A DNA stretch of 62,885 nt, the filler included, from Aduncisulcus paluster (taxonomy: Eukaryota), in NCBI GenBank assembly GCA_024181965.1. It is 11 parts of 11 records of this genome, joined end to end, with 100 filler letters (N's around TTAATTAATTAA, not from the genome) between each part and the next. Parts side by side here need not be neighbours in the genome. Positions count along the whole stretch, not along the records: positions 24,441 to 45,347 come from BQXS01011774.1; positions 45,448 to 49,428 come from BQXS01011775.1; 9 more parts are not named here. One strand, written 5' to 3'. Shown here in pieces: positions 34,667 to 46,050 of the stretch. Under the pieces are notes generated by a model that saw nothing but the letters and a program-made list of their open reading frames with translations, made no database searches and was not told where the DNA came from. The stretch's first letter is position 1. Every line of letters begins with the position of its first letter. Position numbers and translations under genes: made by a program.

Positions 34667-37151
34667 TCATAAATTATTGCGGCTCCAGGCTCCACTTCCC
34701 CATTGATGGGAATCACGATCATCGGATTCCTTATCTTCTTCTTCATCCTTATTCCCAATATTCTTTGTATTGATAGGGCCTGGGATTGGTCTTACGGAAG
34801 TTATAGGTTGAATTATTCCGGTAGAAGACGAGGAACTGCTAAATTGGTTTTTTGAGAAAATCGATGTTCCAGAAGGAGATGATTGTGAAACCCTGGAGGA
34901 TGTTAGTCCCTTTTCACTACAGTCTGACTCACCAGTGGCATCAGTGAGTCTGTGTTTGTTCTGGGTCGACAAGTCTCTTGCATCCAAAGGAGCAGAGGGA
35001 TGAGAAGCATCCATGGCTGTTTTGAGCTCTTCGATGTGTCTTTTTTCAAGTTTCATGGCATCTTCAAGTCTCTGGGCTTCCTTTTTCTGTTCCCTAAGCT
35101 CGTTCTCTCTCACACTGCGCAACAAAACACTCTTTACGGTCTCATCTGGATGTGGACGAATCGTATATCCGACATAATCTTTTAATATCTCAATGAGAAA
35201 CACGTCAGAGTCGTGTGAATACGCTGTGGGAGGAGGAACTCCAAGCCCTCTCCGTTGCATATCCAAGACATACTCAACTTGACTATCCCTGAGTCTTGAG
35301 CTAAACCTTCTCTTCTGTGGAGTCTCTGCGGAGGAAGAGGAAGAAGAAGAGGAAGAGGAGGAAGGAGAATGGCTCTGAGGAACACACACTTCACTCGTGA
35401 CACACGTAGCTACTTCTCCATGATCACTCACATCGCTACTGGGAGTCAACGAGGGTGATGGCGTGGCAGGTTCACGTGGCGAAGGAGGCGCGACAAACAC
35501 GGTACTGTCATCACGTTCAAACCCATGTTCGACTCCACCCCCGACAAAAGGAATGGGTTTCTTCGAGAGAGGTCCTCCAGGGGAAACAGAGAGGGAAGTA
35601 GTATCCTGCTTCTTACTAGGAAGATAATGTTGGGCAGAGGAGGAGGGGACAGAGGAAGTGCCTTCTTTGATGTTATACTTCTTTCTCATCTGCTCACCAA
35701 CTTGCTTGATACGTTGGGTTTCTTCTATATCATCTTGCTCAACATACTCTTTCTTATGGCCGTCAGCTTCGGCAAAACGACCGTCTGGAGTCAATCCATA
35801 CTTGATGTACTGGTCAACATGTACAGGACCACCGATACCCATTCCAGTGTCGTGGAGGACAACGGGTGGGTCATGACGGGCGTCAACCCCACCGGGCCAC
35901 ATCTGACGACGTACAGAACGCCGAGACATGTATCTTTCCCGCTTGTGTGACAACATCAAAGGAGGAAGGAAAGGGAGGGCGGTGTTAAACTCAAGGCTAT
36001 CCTCATGGAGGGGAAGACGCCACAAGAGATTCTTGGAGTGGGTAGAATGAGGGGCAGGGACAGGTTTTATGGCACCTTGAGCAACTGAGGTGGTTGGGAC
36101 TGAATCTTGAGTATCATCAGGGTGAGGAGTTGCTGTTTGATCGGTTTGATGTTTGAAAGTGTCATTATCGCCTGAAATAGTGGATGGAGGATGTATCAAA
36201 TGGGGGAAAATATTACTGGTAATTCCGTCTTGCAGAGACGCTCCATGAAGACGCTCAAGTTCAAGCCTGGCAACATAAGGCGGATATTTGGCAAGAGTTT
36301 TCTTTCGTTGTTCCTCGTTATTATGAGCATAATGTATGGAATCAAATAAAAGGCAGTTGAAAACGGATTTGGGAATTATCTCAACAAGGGAAGTTAATAG
36401 TTTTGCTACTATTGTGTTTATGGTGGAAGGAGATTGTAATAGAGATGTTATTGAAGTTATTGGAACAGATTCATGCTTGGATGAAAGAGATTTGAGAGCT
36501 TCGATGGTTTTGGAAATATCTTTATCTGTTATTTTAGAAGATGGGGGTTTCATTGTTTTTAATTTAGCAGGTATTTTTGAATGAGACTTATCCTTTGGAG
36601 GTTCTAAACCCTCAACATGAAGGGGATTGGACTTTGACTGTTTAGAAGTCGAGTGTAATGAATGATCTGAATCAGGTCCAAGGATGCCTCCCTTTTTGAT
36701 AGTCTCTTTTCGAGTGGCTTCTTTATCTTCCTCACTAAATATTGCGTCAGGTTCATATTCAGCAGCTTCAACAAGTTCTCCAGCAAAGTATTTTTGACGG
36801 CGCTGAGAATAAGCTTTCCTATGCTGAGCAAGGATATTACGAACTCGTTCAGTTGTGAAGGAAGAATAAGGAGCAACAGATTTAGCACGCTTTGTCGCAT
36901 ATGAGGCTATTTCTGTTTTCATGAGAGAAATAATCTCATCCTGTGAAAGAGACAATAAAAAATGGCATGTAATAATAATAATTAAAGAAATGATAAATGT
37001 AAGGTTTTGAATGAATCTATTGATCCCTTGAAATAGTGAAAAATCTATAAGGACGGGGAAAACTTACTTGACTAGCCTCAAATTGGCCATAATCAGAAAT
37101 AAATTTGATTAATATCTCCAAAATTGGATTTTGCTGTCTGATCGATTCCAT
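34667..37151 (-). CDS. Hypothetical protein; exon1 37068-37151, intron 36941-37067
   Basis: 762-aa ORF plus an in-frame upstream exon MESIRQQNPILEILIKFISDYGQFEASQ, joined by a GTAAGT..TTTCACAG intron. Confidence 0.75.
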
Positions 37152-37329
37152 TATTGACAAGCAGAAAGCAATTCTTTGTCTTCGAGTCACTCACGGTGAG
37201 TTTTAAATATTCTTACACTAAAAATAAATTGGGGGTTGTTAATTCCTTATGTATAAAATCATATTAATTTTAAAACCGTAATTGCACCTTAGATATGACA
37301 TTGTCTCAAATTGGTGATTTTCTGAACGA

Positions 37330-38103
37330 ATGGGCTTTTCCCCGAAAGATATTTTTGGTTACGTGAAAGATTTCACCAATTCTTGGTCAGATAAGAATCC
37401 AAAAAATCGTCTTGATAAACTTAAGAGATTTTATGATCGTGAAGTCTGTTTCCTCTTTTCCTTCCTTGGTGAAAACACAATAACTCATCAAAATAAGGGA
37501 TTTGGTGCTTTAAAGGAGTATATCGAACCCAAAGAAAAGAATGGAATATCTTTAATGTTTGTGAATTTTATTGCATCTCAATTGCCTAAAGGATCCGAAG
37601 GAAAGGTCAAAGACATTTGTCTTTCACGTGGTGTAAATGGTCAAATATATTTTAATACAACAAATAGGTCCACTCTGGATGTTCAGATCCAAATGAATAG
37701 GGGATATCATTATGTCAATATTAAGGGTATTTGTGCCGTTAAGGAAGCCAAATTCTTATATTTCCGTTCATTGATCCTAAAGATGGTGTCTGGTTCGAAA
37801 CTTTTTGTTGCAAATGAGATCACACAATTTTCTCATCTTCCTAATTCAATTCGACTCCGTGAATTGACTCTTTCTGACATTGACTTCATCAAACGGGTTT
37901 GTGGTCATCCAAAATATTCTGGACAAATCAAGTCTTTCGGACAATGCGCTCATGGAGCCATCACTCAAGATTTCAAGATAGATGGAGTGAAATATGAGAA
38001 GCCTGAGCGGTCCCATCGAGGAAAAGATAGGAGAGGAAGCAAGGGAGGGTTATTTGGAGGTTCTTCATCTGATTCTAGTCCATTTGGAGGATCATTCTTC
38101 TAA
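37330..38103 (+). CDS. Hypothetical protein, possibly NTF2-like fold with a Gly/Phe-rich tail
   Basis: 257-aa ORF with ATG. The pattern L.RFYD....F..G and LFVANEI is loosely NTF2-like; the tail reads GLFGG..PFGGSFF. Confidence 0.6.
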   Translation: MGFSPKDIFGYVKDFTNSWSDKNPKNRLDKLKRFYDREVCFLFSFLGENTITHQNKGFGALKEYIEPKEKNGISLMFVNFIASQLPKGSEGKVKDICLSRGVNGQIYFNTTNRSTLDVQIQMNRGYHYVNIKGICAVKEAKFLYFRSLILKMVSGSKLFVANEITQFSHLPNSIRLRELTLSDIDFIKRVCGHPKYSGQIKSFGQCAHGAITQDFKIDGVKYEKPERSHRGKDRRGSKGGLFGGSSSDSSPFGGSFF

Positions 38104-38421
38104 AGCTACTATGATATGAGTGTCAGGCGATTATGATGTGCTTCTTATACAATAACATACAAATATTTCATTTACAATAAAGTAAATTTACTAATTTAGG
38201 GAATTTTTTAGCATTTAATGCATTATAAACTCGAGATTGGTGGACAAATATAGGGAAATCTGATGAATAATAAGGAAAAACTTAAAAACATTATTTGATT
38301 TATTTATATTGTGTTTTTATCGAGAATTTATAGTGTATTCGATCCTCGAACGTCATACGAGTGAATTTGAAATAAGCGAAAAAAAAAATATCAAATATTT
38401 AAAGATTATAATACATAAAAA

Positions 38422-39564
38422 CTAATCTGCCATTTCTTCCACCACCTTTTCAACACCCTTTTCATCATATTCATCGCGAGACACCCACATGGAATCGAAT
38501 GAAGTCAATTGAGTAAGTGTACTTCCTCCCTTCCACACAGCCCACCGTCTCTCGGGGCTGGCCTTGATCTTAACCTTCGTGGATGGTGGAGTGAGTGCGG
38601 ATAGCTCTTTATACAGACGCGTTTCGAAGTTAGGGATCATGGTGGTCCCTCCGGATAGGACAATGTTCTTGAACAAGTCACGACGAATATGAATATCGGT
38701 TTTCATGATGGAATCGTAGATTTCTTCGTGAATACCATGAATTTCCTTGGACATTATCTTTGGGTTGAAGAGAGCTTCGGCACACATAAAACGTTCAGAC
38801 CCAATGACAATCTCAGATCCATCGGGGAGTTCGTATGTCACATCCTTGGCACCTCCTTTGGCCTTTGAAAGCTCTTCGTCATAATCGAGGGCGCAATAAG
38901 ATAACTTCTCCTTGATATCCCTGGATAGCTCACGACGTGCTACAGAGAAGGAGAGAGCGCTTCCACGCCTCTGAAGCAGTTGTTGTAAATAATCAGTGAC
39001 ATCTCTCCCGGCAAAATTAAGTCGTTTTATCGAATCGAGTACATCAATTTTATAACCTTGATAAATAGGAACAATGTGGGTAACTCCATCTCCAGAATCA
39101 AGAACGGTTCCTGTGGTGGCACCTGAGGCGAACAGGGAGAGAATGGCCTGAATTTTAACAACAAGATATGGTACTTCGAATGTTTCGAACATTAATTCGA
39201 TCATACGCTCACGATTCTTTGTAGGGTTCATTGGAGCTTCAGTAAGGAGAACACGATGGGATTTCGGGTCTACACGTAATTCATTATAGAAAGTATGGTG
39301 CCATAAAGCCTCCATACCATCCCAATCGACTACTTTTCCATGTTCAATAGGATAGGATAAGGAAAGAACTCCACGATCTTTTTGAGCCTGCTCACCAACA
39401 AATAAACGTTTTTTATCTTTATATTCACTACTAGCACTCGGAATAACAAGAGGGAGGCGCTCATGACCAACAACAGCTGGAATTACTGCTGCAGGGGAAT
39501 CATAACCTCCCATACCCGCTTTAATAGAGCCTGAACCATTGTCAAGGACGATGTTTCCAAGCAT
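38422..39564 (-). CDS. Divergent actin / actin-related protein
   Basis: DNGSGSIKAG, YPIEHG, WHHTFYNELRV, LLTEAPMNP, LDSGDGVTH, YELPDG and IVLSGGTTM. Confidence 0.95.
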   Translation of the reverse strand: MLGNIVLDNGSGSIKAGMGGYDSPAAVIPAVVGHERLPLVIPSASSEYKDKKRLFVGEQAQKDRGVLSLSYPIEHGKVVDWDGMEALWHHTFYNELRVDPKSHRVLLTEAPMNPTKNRERMIELMFETFEVPYLVVKIQAILSLFASGATTGTVLDSGDGVTHIVPIYQGYKIDVLDSIKRLNFAGRDVTDYLQQLLQRRGSALSFSVARRELSRDIKEKLSYCALDYDEELSKAKGGAKDVTYELPDGSEIVIGSERFMCAEALFNPKIMSKEIHGIHEEIYDSIMKTDIHIRRDLFKNIVLSGGTTMIPNFETRLYKELSALTPPSTKVKIKASPERRWAVWKGGSTLTQLTSFDSMWVSRDEYDEKGVEKVVEEMAD

Positions 39565-39885
39565 TTTATCGGTTTATATAGAAATATCAACAAGGAAAAT
39601 CGGGGTTTGTAGGAATAATTTGTTTGTATTATATTATGGGGTATCTTGTAATATTTTTTGATTAGCCAATCATTAATAGATAAGTATTTAATTTTTTTTC
39701 AACACTAAATTAACGCAGAAATCAACATAGCTTTCCATTTTTTTTAGATTGCTGTATCTCCAATAAAACCGGTAAAGAATCATATCTACGTAATTAAAAT
39801 CTAATTTTTCTTGCTTTTCTCCCAATATATTAATAAATAACCTATTGTTTTGGCGATAAAAGATAAGTGGCGTTTTTCTTGACCA

Positions 39886-42800
39886 ATGGATGAGCAGTAT
39901 GTTCAACTTCAATTATATTTGACGATCCAATTTATTTTTTATTAATTTTAATTGTTTTTTCTTGGATTATCTTTTTGTTTTCCTCTCCAGGATAATCGAT
40001 GTGTTTCATCGAGTTACAACGGGATTATGGTCATATAGAAAAGAATTTCCAAATATATGTTCGACAATAGCCAAATTACTTGTTAGTGAAGACCCATCCC
40101 ATATGCTCCACATTGCCTATGCTATTAATGCTGTCATTCGGCAATCCGTTGGATTATTTGAAAAAGGAGGGAAGAGTGACATTAGTCTTATTGGAATATA
40201 CAAATTGAGGCAAAGATTAACAAGTGAAAGCGAAATTCATGCTCTTTTTTCTCAACTTGTCCAATGTTATAAAGAAGAGGCTCTTAAAATACATTCTGCA
40301 GGAGTTGATCCAGCAACTCTTAATTCTAATGCTGAATCCAGTGTTTTAACATTGCTTAAACATATAGCTATGGGTTCATACATTGGTAATATACCTGTTT
40401 CTCATGTAGTTCTATCTGGGGGTTCTTCTCGAATATCTGATAAACAATTCAAGCCTCCACTGGCATCTACTGACAAGAAAACTCCTCAGACCCCCGGACT
40501 CATGACCAGAGTGCTCATTCGAAAGTATGAAGAAGTGTTCTATTGGAGATACCAGAAAGATGTCTTTTCTGTTCTCCCATCTGCCGTTTCTTTACCTTCA
40601 ATGTCCACTATTTCCATGTTCATTAGTGGAATTCTCCAAGGACATGCCTCGGCCTCATCTTTGGGAGTAGGTATATGGCAGTCCCTTCTCGGGCATGGCT
40701 GGATTGTACAAAGGGTGTATACACAGGCTCTTGATGCCATTAAAAGGCTTCGAATGGGTTTAGATTGGAATGGGACAACGTGGAAGGATGAGCTTAAGAA
40801 AGAAAGAGATTCTATTGCTAGCAGATTGAAGAGTTGTGATGGTGATAAATATCATACGAATTGTCTTAAAAACGAATCATCAATTGCACCAGAACATCAA
40901 AACAATGTGTTGACTTCTCCATATATTGATAGGTTGCCATATTCGATAGGTATTGAGAGGGAAGTTCATAAAGTTATTCAAAGGGCCGTTTCTATTTTTA
41001 GAAACATCGGTGCGGGGGACTGGATATGTGTCTCTGTCGTTCTGTTATATTTCCTCAATTGTTCGAGTCAAACCCACCCAACTCCTGGTGCAAAGAATGT
41101 TGTTCACCCTCAAACCTCTTCTTCCCAGTTCTTTGTTCACCACACTCTCGACTCTGAGGTATATTTCAATCTAATTTTAGAATGTCTGAAGAGGAATATA
41201 TTCTCGTTTGAAGACCTCAAGGAAGAAATAAGGAGCAAACTACGGGATCTATTGAGTTATGAACAATCTACATCTTATTCGGCTTCTACATCGGTTTCTT
41301 CTCAACCATCTCCATCAGTGAGAACAAAGTCTATTTCTGGATTAGATTCTAAGCAAGAAGAAACCTCACTTCAACTTTCTTCCCTTCCATCCACATGTGA
41401 ATCTCATCCTTCAAACGTTTATGATCCTCCTTCAAACGTTTATGATCATCCTTCAAACGTTTATGAACGATTATTCCCGAGACATGTGCTTAACTGCACA
41501 GAAATGGCCATGTTTTCGTTTGTTTCTGCCGTGTTTTGTCATGAGAAATCTCTCCGAGATGACGTTATTGACGATAAGATGTGTTGGTTATTGGGAGGTA
41601 TTGAAGAGATTCCTTCACCTCGGATGATTGATATTGTGGCTGTAAATCGTCATTCATTGCCACAAGTTTTAGCTGATGTATCTAAAAATATCTCTGAACA
41701 AGATACCGATGGCTCCACTCTCCCTTCATGTCCTCAATTATACTACACATCTCTCCATTTATATGGCATTTTCTTAACTGGAATTACAGGAGTCAATATA
41801 TGGAGATACATTGACTATGCTTTCCACTCTTGGAAGAGAAGGGAAGAAGAAGAGGAAGAAGAGGAAGAAGAGGAAGAAGAGAAAGAACTTAGGGTCTTAT
41901 CAGTGAAGTCAGTGGATACTTCTCAATATCTTCAAGATCAGTTGTTTCTCAATATATCCAAAATAGACGAATTACTCTCGGATGAGGATTCTCGTAATTC
42001 TTTTGTTTTCCCCTTGCAGGTTGCTGATCTTGATAAATTTGTACAATATCTCCAAGTTGTTATTCTTTTACTGAAAGTAAGTTCCATTGTTGACATTTAT
42101 TCCCTTGAGAGAGATCATCCAAATATTCTCCTTAAATTAGGATTATATCTCTCTCTTTCTCACCGTCTATTTTTGGGTTTGAAGAAAATAGAAAATGGTG
42201 ATGATGACGGTTATCAACAATCTGAAGCTGAGTTTATTTCCTCATTTTCTATTATTCATCACACTGAAGTTTCTCAAGGAGATATAAATAGAAATGAGAA
42301 GGATGAGGAGAAGGACGAGGAGCAAGAAGATGAGCAAGAGCAAGACTTTGATGTGACCTCTAGGACTCTTTCTCTTTTCCGTCCGTGTGTGTTAGGTTCC
42401 ATTTGGAAAGCCGGAATAAGTTCAACCCCATTGGTTGATGACCAAGATAATTATACAACTGATATTGAGAATGTAATTAGAGATATATTTTTCCCTATAT
42501 TAACATTAATGAAATCATCTTATTCCACCAAACTCTTCTCTTCTCTCTTTGGGTATAATTCATTCTTGTTATATTCTTCTCTAACAATGGCCCTGTCACT
42601 GGTGAAAGCTAAGAAATATCCCTCTGAAATGGCAATGGTCGATTCGCCGCAGCCGTTTCACGAACACATCCGATCCTCTTTGTTTGGACCTGTTAATGGC
42701 CTCCCATCCGATGATTCTCAATCATTAACCTCTTCGAGCCAAATGTCTCCCTCGATGGCTGGGCTATTCCGTTCATCGTGTTCTTTGTTCGTTTATTTGC

Positions 42801-45232
42801 TCTCCCATGACAGGGCCAGTGCCACTCTGAAGCATATTGTTTGCAGTGAGTGTGGTTGGGACTCTTGGGGTTCTCAACTCCAGTCTTTCTTGTTCGGTTG
42901 GGACTGTATTGGTGCATGGGTGTGTGTGTATGAGTATATCGTGTATACTCAGGCCGACCCACTGTTGATAACCACTGTTCTGAGTCGTATTGACAATGAT
43001 TCCACCACTGACTTGTGTTCTTACTGTATCCAAGCTAACACTCTCCATCTCTTGGCTGACATGTCTGAGTCTGCACCCACTGAAGCTGACGGTGATGTCC
43101 ATCCCAGGATTCGAAAGGGAGCTATCTGTACGGCCGAGTGGTTGTTGATATGTAAACGAAAACGTCAGGCTCTGTCCTTGTCCAGACAGCTGGTATCTCT
43201 TGATCCTCTCAATGTATATGTTGATCTGTTGATTGTTTTGTCCCTTTCCAGTCCATTTCTGATTGATCCTTTGATGATGTTCCCCCTCATGTCACCTGTC
43301 CATTCTATCTTTATCCTCTCTGAACTTCTTGTTCGGTCTATATGCTCCCCATCCCATGCTCAACAGTACTTGAGTCTCCCTTGCAAGTCTGACGAGAGGG
43401 AGAGGGATGGCGTATTATCTGTGGTAGAGTTTGTAGAGACCGTCAAGGAAAGGAGAGAGATGAACTCTAGATTTCATCGCTGGAGAGAGGAAGAAGGACG
43501 CAAGAGAGTGTGGGTGTTACCTTCAAATCGTGGAAGAGCAGACAGGTCGTCAAGAACAAGTAACAATATGCATTCAGGAATGGATACTTTCAAGATGAAG
43601 AAAGAGTTTGCTTCAAGCTCAGCACAGACATCGATATTCGGCAAAGAAGAAGAGAAAGGAGAGATTCCTTTGGTGCTTGAAGGAATGGGTCTGTTCCCTT
43701 CTGTTGAATCCATCTTTGCTCCCAATCCTTCTTCTTTGTCTACAAGTCAGAGGGGAAGTGGAAGAGGAAGAAAACATGTACAAGAATTGCCAATTTTGAA
43801 GTTTGAGAAACTCTCGTCATCTTTCTCAATTGTTACAAGGCAATCCTCAAATAATTCAACTTTGTCCAAGGTGAGCGTCTCAAAACTCATATGTGACACA
43901 GCCACCAATAGCTCATCAACCAACTTTACTAGACCTTTGGGATTCTTTTCATTAGCAGGAAAGAACAAACACGATTATATGAGAAGTTTCTCACAGTGTC
44001 TATTAATAGATACTCCCAAGAAAGATCATGATGGTGATGGTAATGATGGTCAAGATGGTAATGATGGTCAAGATGATCCCAGTGATGATAAATCTTCCTT
44101 GATTCATTTATTTGCTTCCTTTATGAAGAGTATTTGTGAGTTGCATGGAGAAGGATTCTTTAGCTCGATGTTCCAATCCCTTGTTCTCAACGCCACAGGA
44201 GACCTTGTGATCCATCAATACCCTGTACATCCAACTAAGTTAAAACAGATCCCTATCATTGACGATGGAGTACTCAGGGTTGAGGATGACTGTTTTTACA
44301 AGAGGAGAGAGTGGTGCAGACATGGATCTGAGATTGATAGCCTTCAACGAGAAATTGACAACCTTCGAGGTGATGAGAACCGAATTCTGGATTGGGTCGA
44401 AGCTGATCGGCTCTCACATCAGAAATATTCTCTAACTCAAAGGGATAAGAGTGTCCTTGAGGATATGAAAAGGAATCTGCAGGTTATGTGTGACAAATAC
44501 CAATGTAAGACAAACCTTTCCACCCTCAAGAACGTGATATGTACAAAGATCCAGGGTCTTATTCACGATAAGATTCGTTATCGAGACGAGATGATCTCTT
44601 ACGATTCACTTGACATGTACAATCACTTGAGTATGGAACAATCTGTGGATTATTCTCATGTCAACATGAATACTCGGGACATGATCGATCTTCTCGTTAA
44701 CGTAGTTTCTCTGGATGGCGTTGAAAGGGTGTGGACATATGGAGGTGATGGAGGGAAAATGAGAAATGCTGTTCATCTCGATCACCTCTCGTTTCTTTCT
44801 CACCCTGGACAACTCTGCAACATTCATTATAACAAAATGAAGAACAAGATGGAAAGAAGTGGGGGGGAAGCTACACATAATGAAGAAGAGGATGAGAAGA
44901 TGGATTCTACATTGGTGGAACAATTGATGATTCTTAAAAAGAATAGGAAGGATGGTGAAGAGAATGGTCAAGAACAGTGTATTTCCTTGCTGGAAGGGTT
45001 GTCCATTTTCCTTGCACAGTGTAGCTCCTCTGAATATGCTTCGACTGTAGCCGAGCAGGTCTGTATTGATGAGGCAAAGAGTGTAATTGCAATGCTTTTG
45101 GAGTGGAGAGAGACATTGACACACAAGGAAGTGAAAGAAGAGAAAGAAGAAGAGGAAGAGGAAGAGAAGGTAGAGAAGGAAGAGAAGGTGGAAGATGGAT
45201 TCTACATTGGTGGAACAATTGATGATTCTTAA
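39886..45232 (+). CDS. Large hypothetical helical protein (~1750 aa); exon1 39886-39896, intron 39897-39990
   Basis: Long ORF. The intron GTATGT..CCTCTCCAG yields MDEQ|IIDVF. The extreme 3' end is affected by a duplication of 44899-45052 at 45193-45347. Confidence 0.8.
41405..41467 (+). repeat. Coding minisatellite, 3 x 21 bp (HPSNVYD)
   Basis: c(a/c)tccttcaaacgtttatga(t/a) three times. Confidence 0.9.
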
Positions 45233-45447
45233 AAAGAATAGGAAGGATGGTGAAGAGAATGGTCAAGAACAGTGTATTTCCTTGCTGGAAGGGTTGTCCA
45301 TTTTCCTTGCACAGTGTAGCTCCTCTGAATATGCTTCGACTGTAGCCNNNNNNNNNNNNNNNNNNNNNNNNNNNNNNNNNNNNNNNNNNNNTTAATTAAT
45401 TAANNNNNNNNNNNNNNNNNNNNNNNNNNNNNNNNNNNNNNNNNNNN

Positions 45448-46050
45448 GATACACGCTTTTTAAGAACACGAAGACAAGTTGGAGAAATCAATTTGTTGAG
45501 TGACTGAGTACCACCTTCAGCTTCATAAACCATGAATTCTTTGAGAAAGCATCTCCAATCGGACTTGAGAGGCTTGGATAAGTAAGGAATTTTTGAGAAC
45601 TGCATAATCAATTATAACGAGCAAAAACAGTCAGTATTAATAAGACAATAATTTTGTTAGTACAAAATAATATTATTTTGTGATCAGCACAATGAGCAGG
45701 ACAATTTATTAGAATAAAGATTTCTATTACATAGGGGAAATAAAAGTAAGTTTATCGAGGGGAAAGCAAAGTTTGTAAAACAACATAATTTATAAAACTA
45801 CCGACTTGGGATTTCAATGAATAACAAAGATATTAGGAAAATAAAAAGTATAGAAAATAATAGAAACCTTAGTAGAGAACGAATTAATCAAAATTAGATA
45901 ATAAAAATAAAATAGCTTGTTAGTAAGAAAATAATAACGAAATAAAAGTAGAGGTGGTGGGAGTTGAACCCAGGTCCTCATTGTAGTGAATGCAAGGCAC
46001 TATCCTTTGAGCTATAACGTAGTTATTTGGAATTATTTTGGGGAACCACA
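45448..46050 (-). mobile_element. 5' end of a nested LTR retrotransposon: 133-bp LTR-like unit (45918-46050), AT-rich leader, gag start (ATG 45605)
   Basis: It interrupts the neighbouring RT at YIDD and has TGT..ACA ends. KIPYLSKPLKSDWRCFLKEFMVYEAEGG aligns with KQPLLSTFTRKSCTTFKRKFEVYSKKGG in the adjacent gag. Confidence 0.65.
45949..46021 (-). promoter_or_regulatory. tRNA-derived Pol III type-2 promoter (degenerate tRNA) inside the LTR-like unit
   Basis: A box TAGCTCAAAGG (46014-46004) and B box GGTTCAACTCC (45970-45960) at tRNA spacing. T stem pairs 4/5 and D stem 3/4, the acceptor stem is unpaired, and TTTT follows. Confidence 0.7.

Noticed and set aside
41405..41467. CRISPR-like short repeats
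   Set aside because: These are contiguous in-frame 21-bp units with no spacers, inside a eukaryotic CDS.
45193..45347. Internal repeat of 44899-45052 creating a new C-terminus
   Set aside because: It is an exact copy at a contig end joined through a purine-rich low-complexity tract, and is probably a misassembly.
45949..46021. Functional tRNA-Val(CAC) gene
   Set aside because: The acceptor stem cannot pair and the anticodon stem is poor, so it is reported as a tRNA-derived promoter instead.
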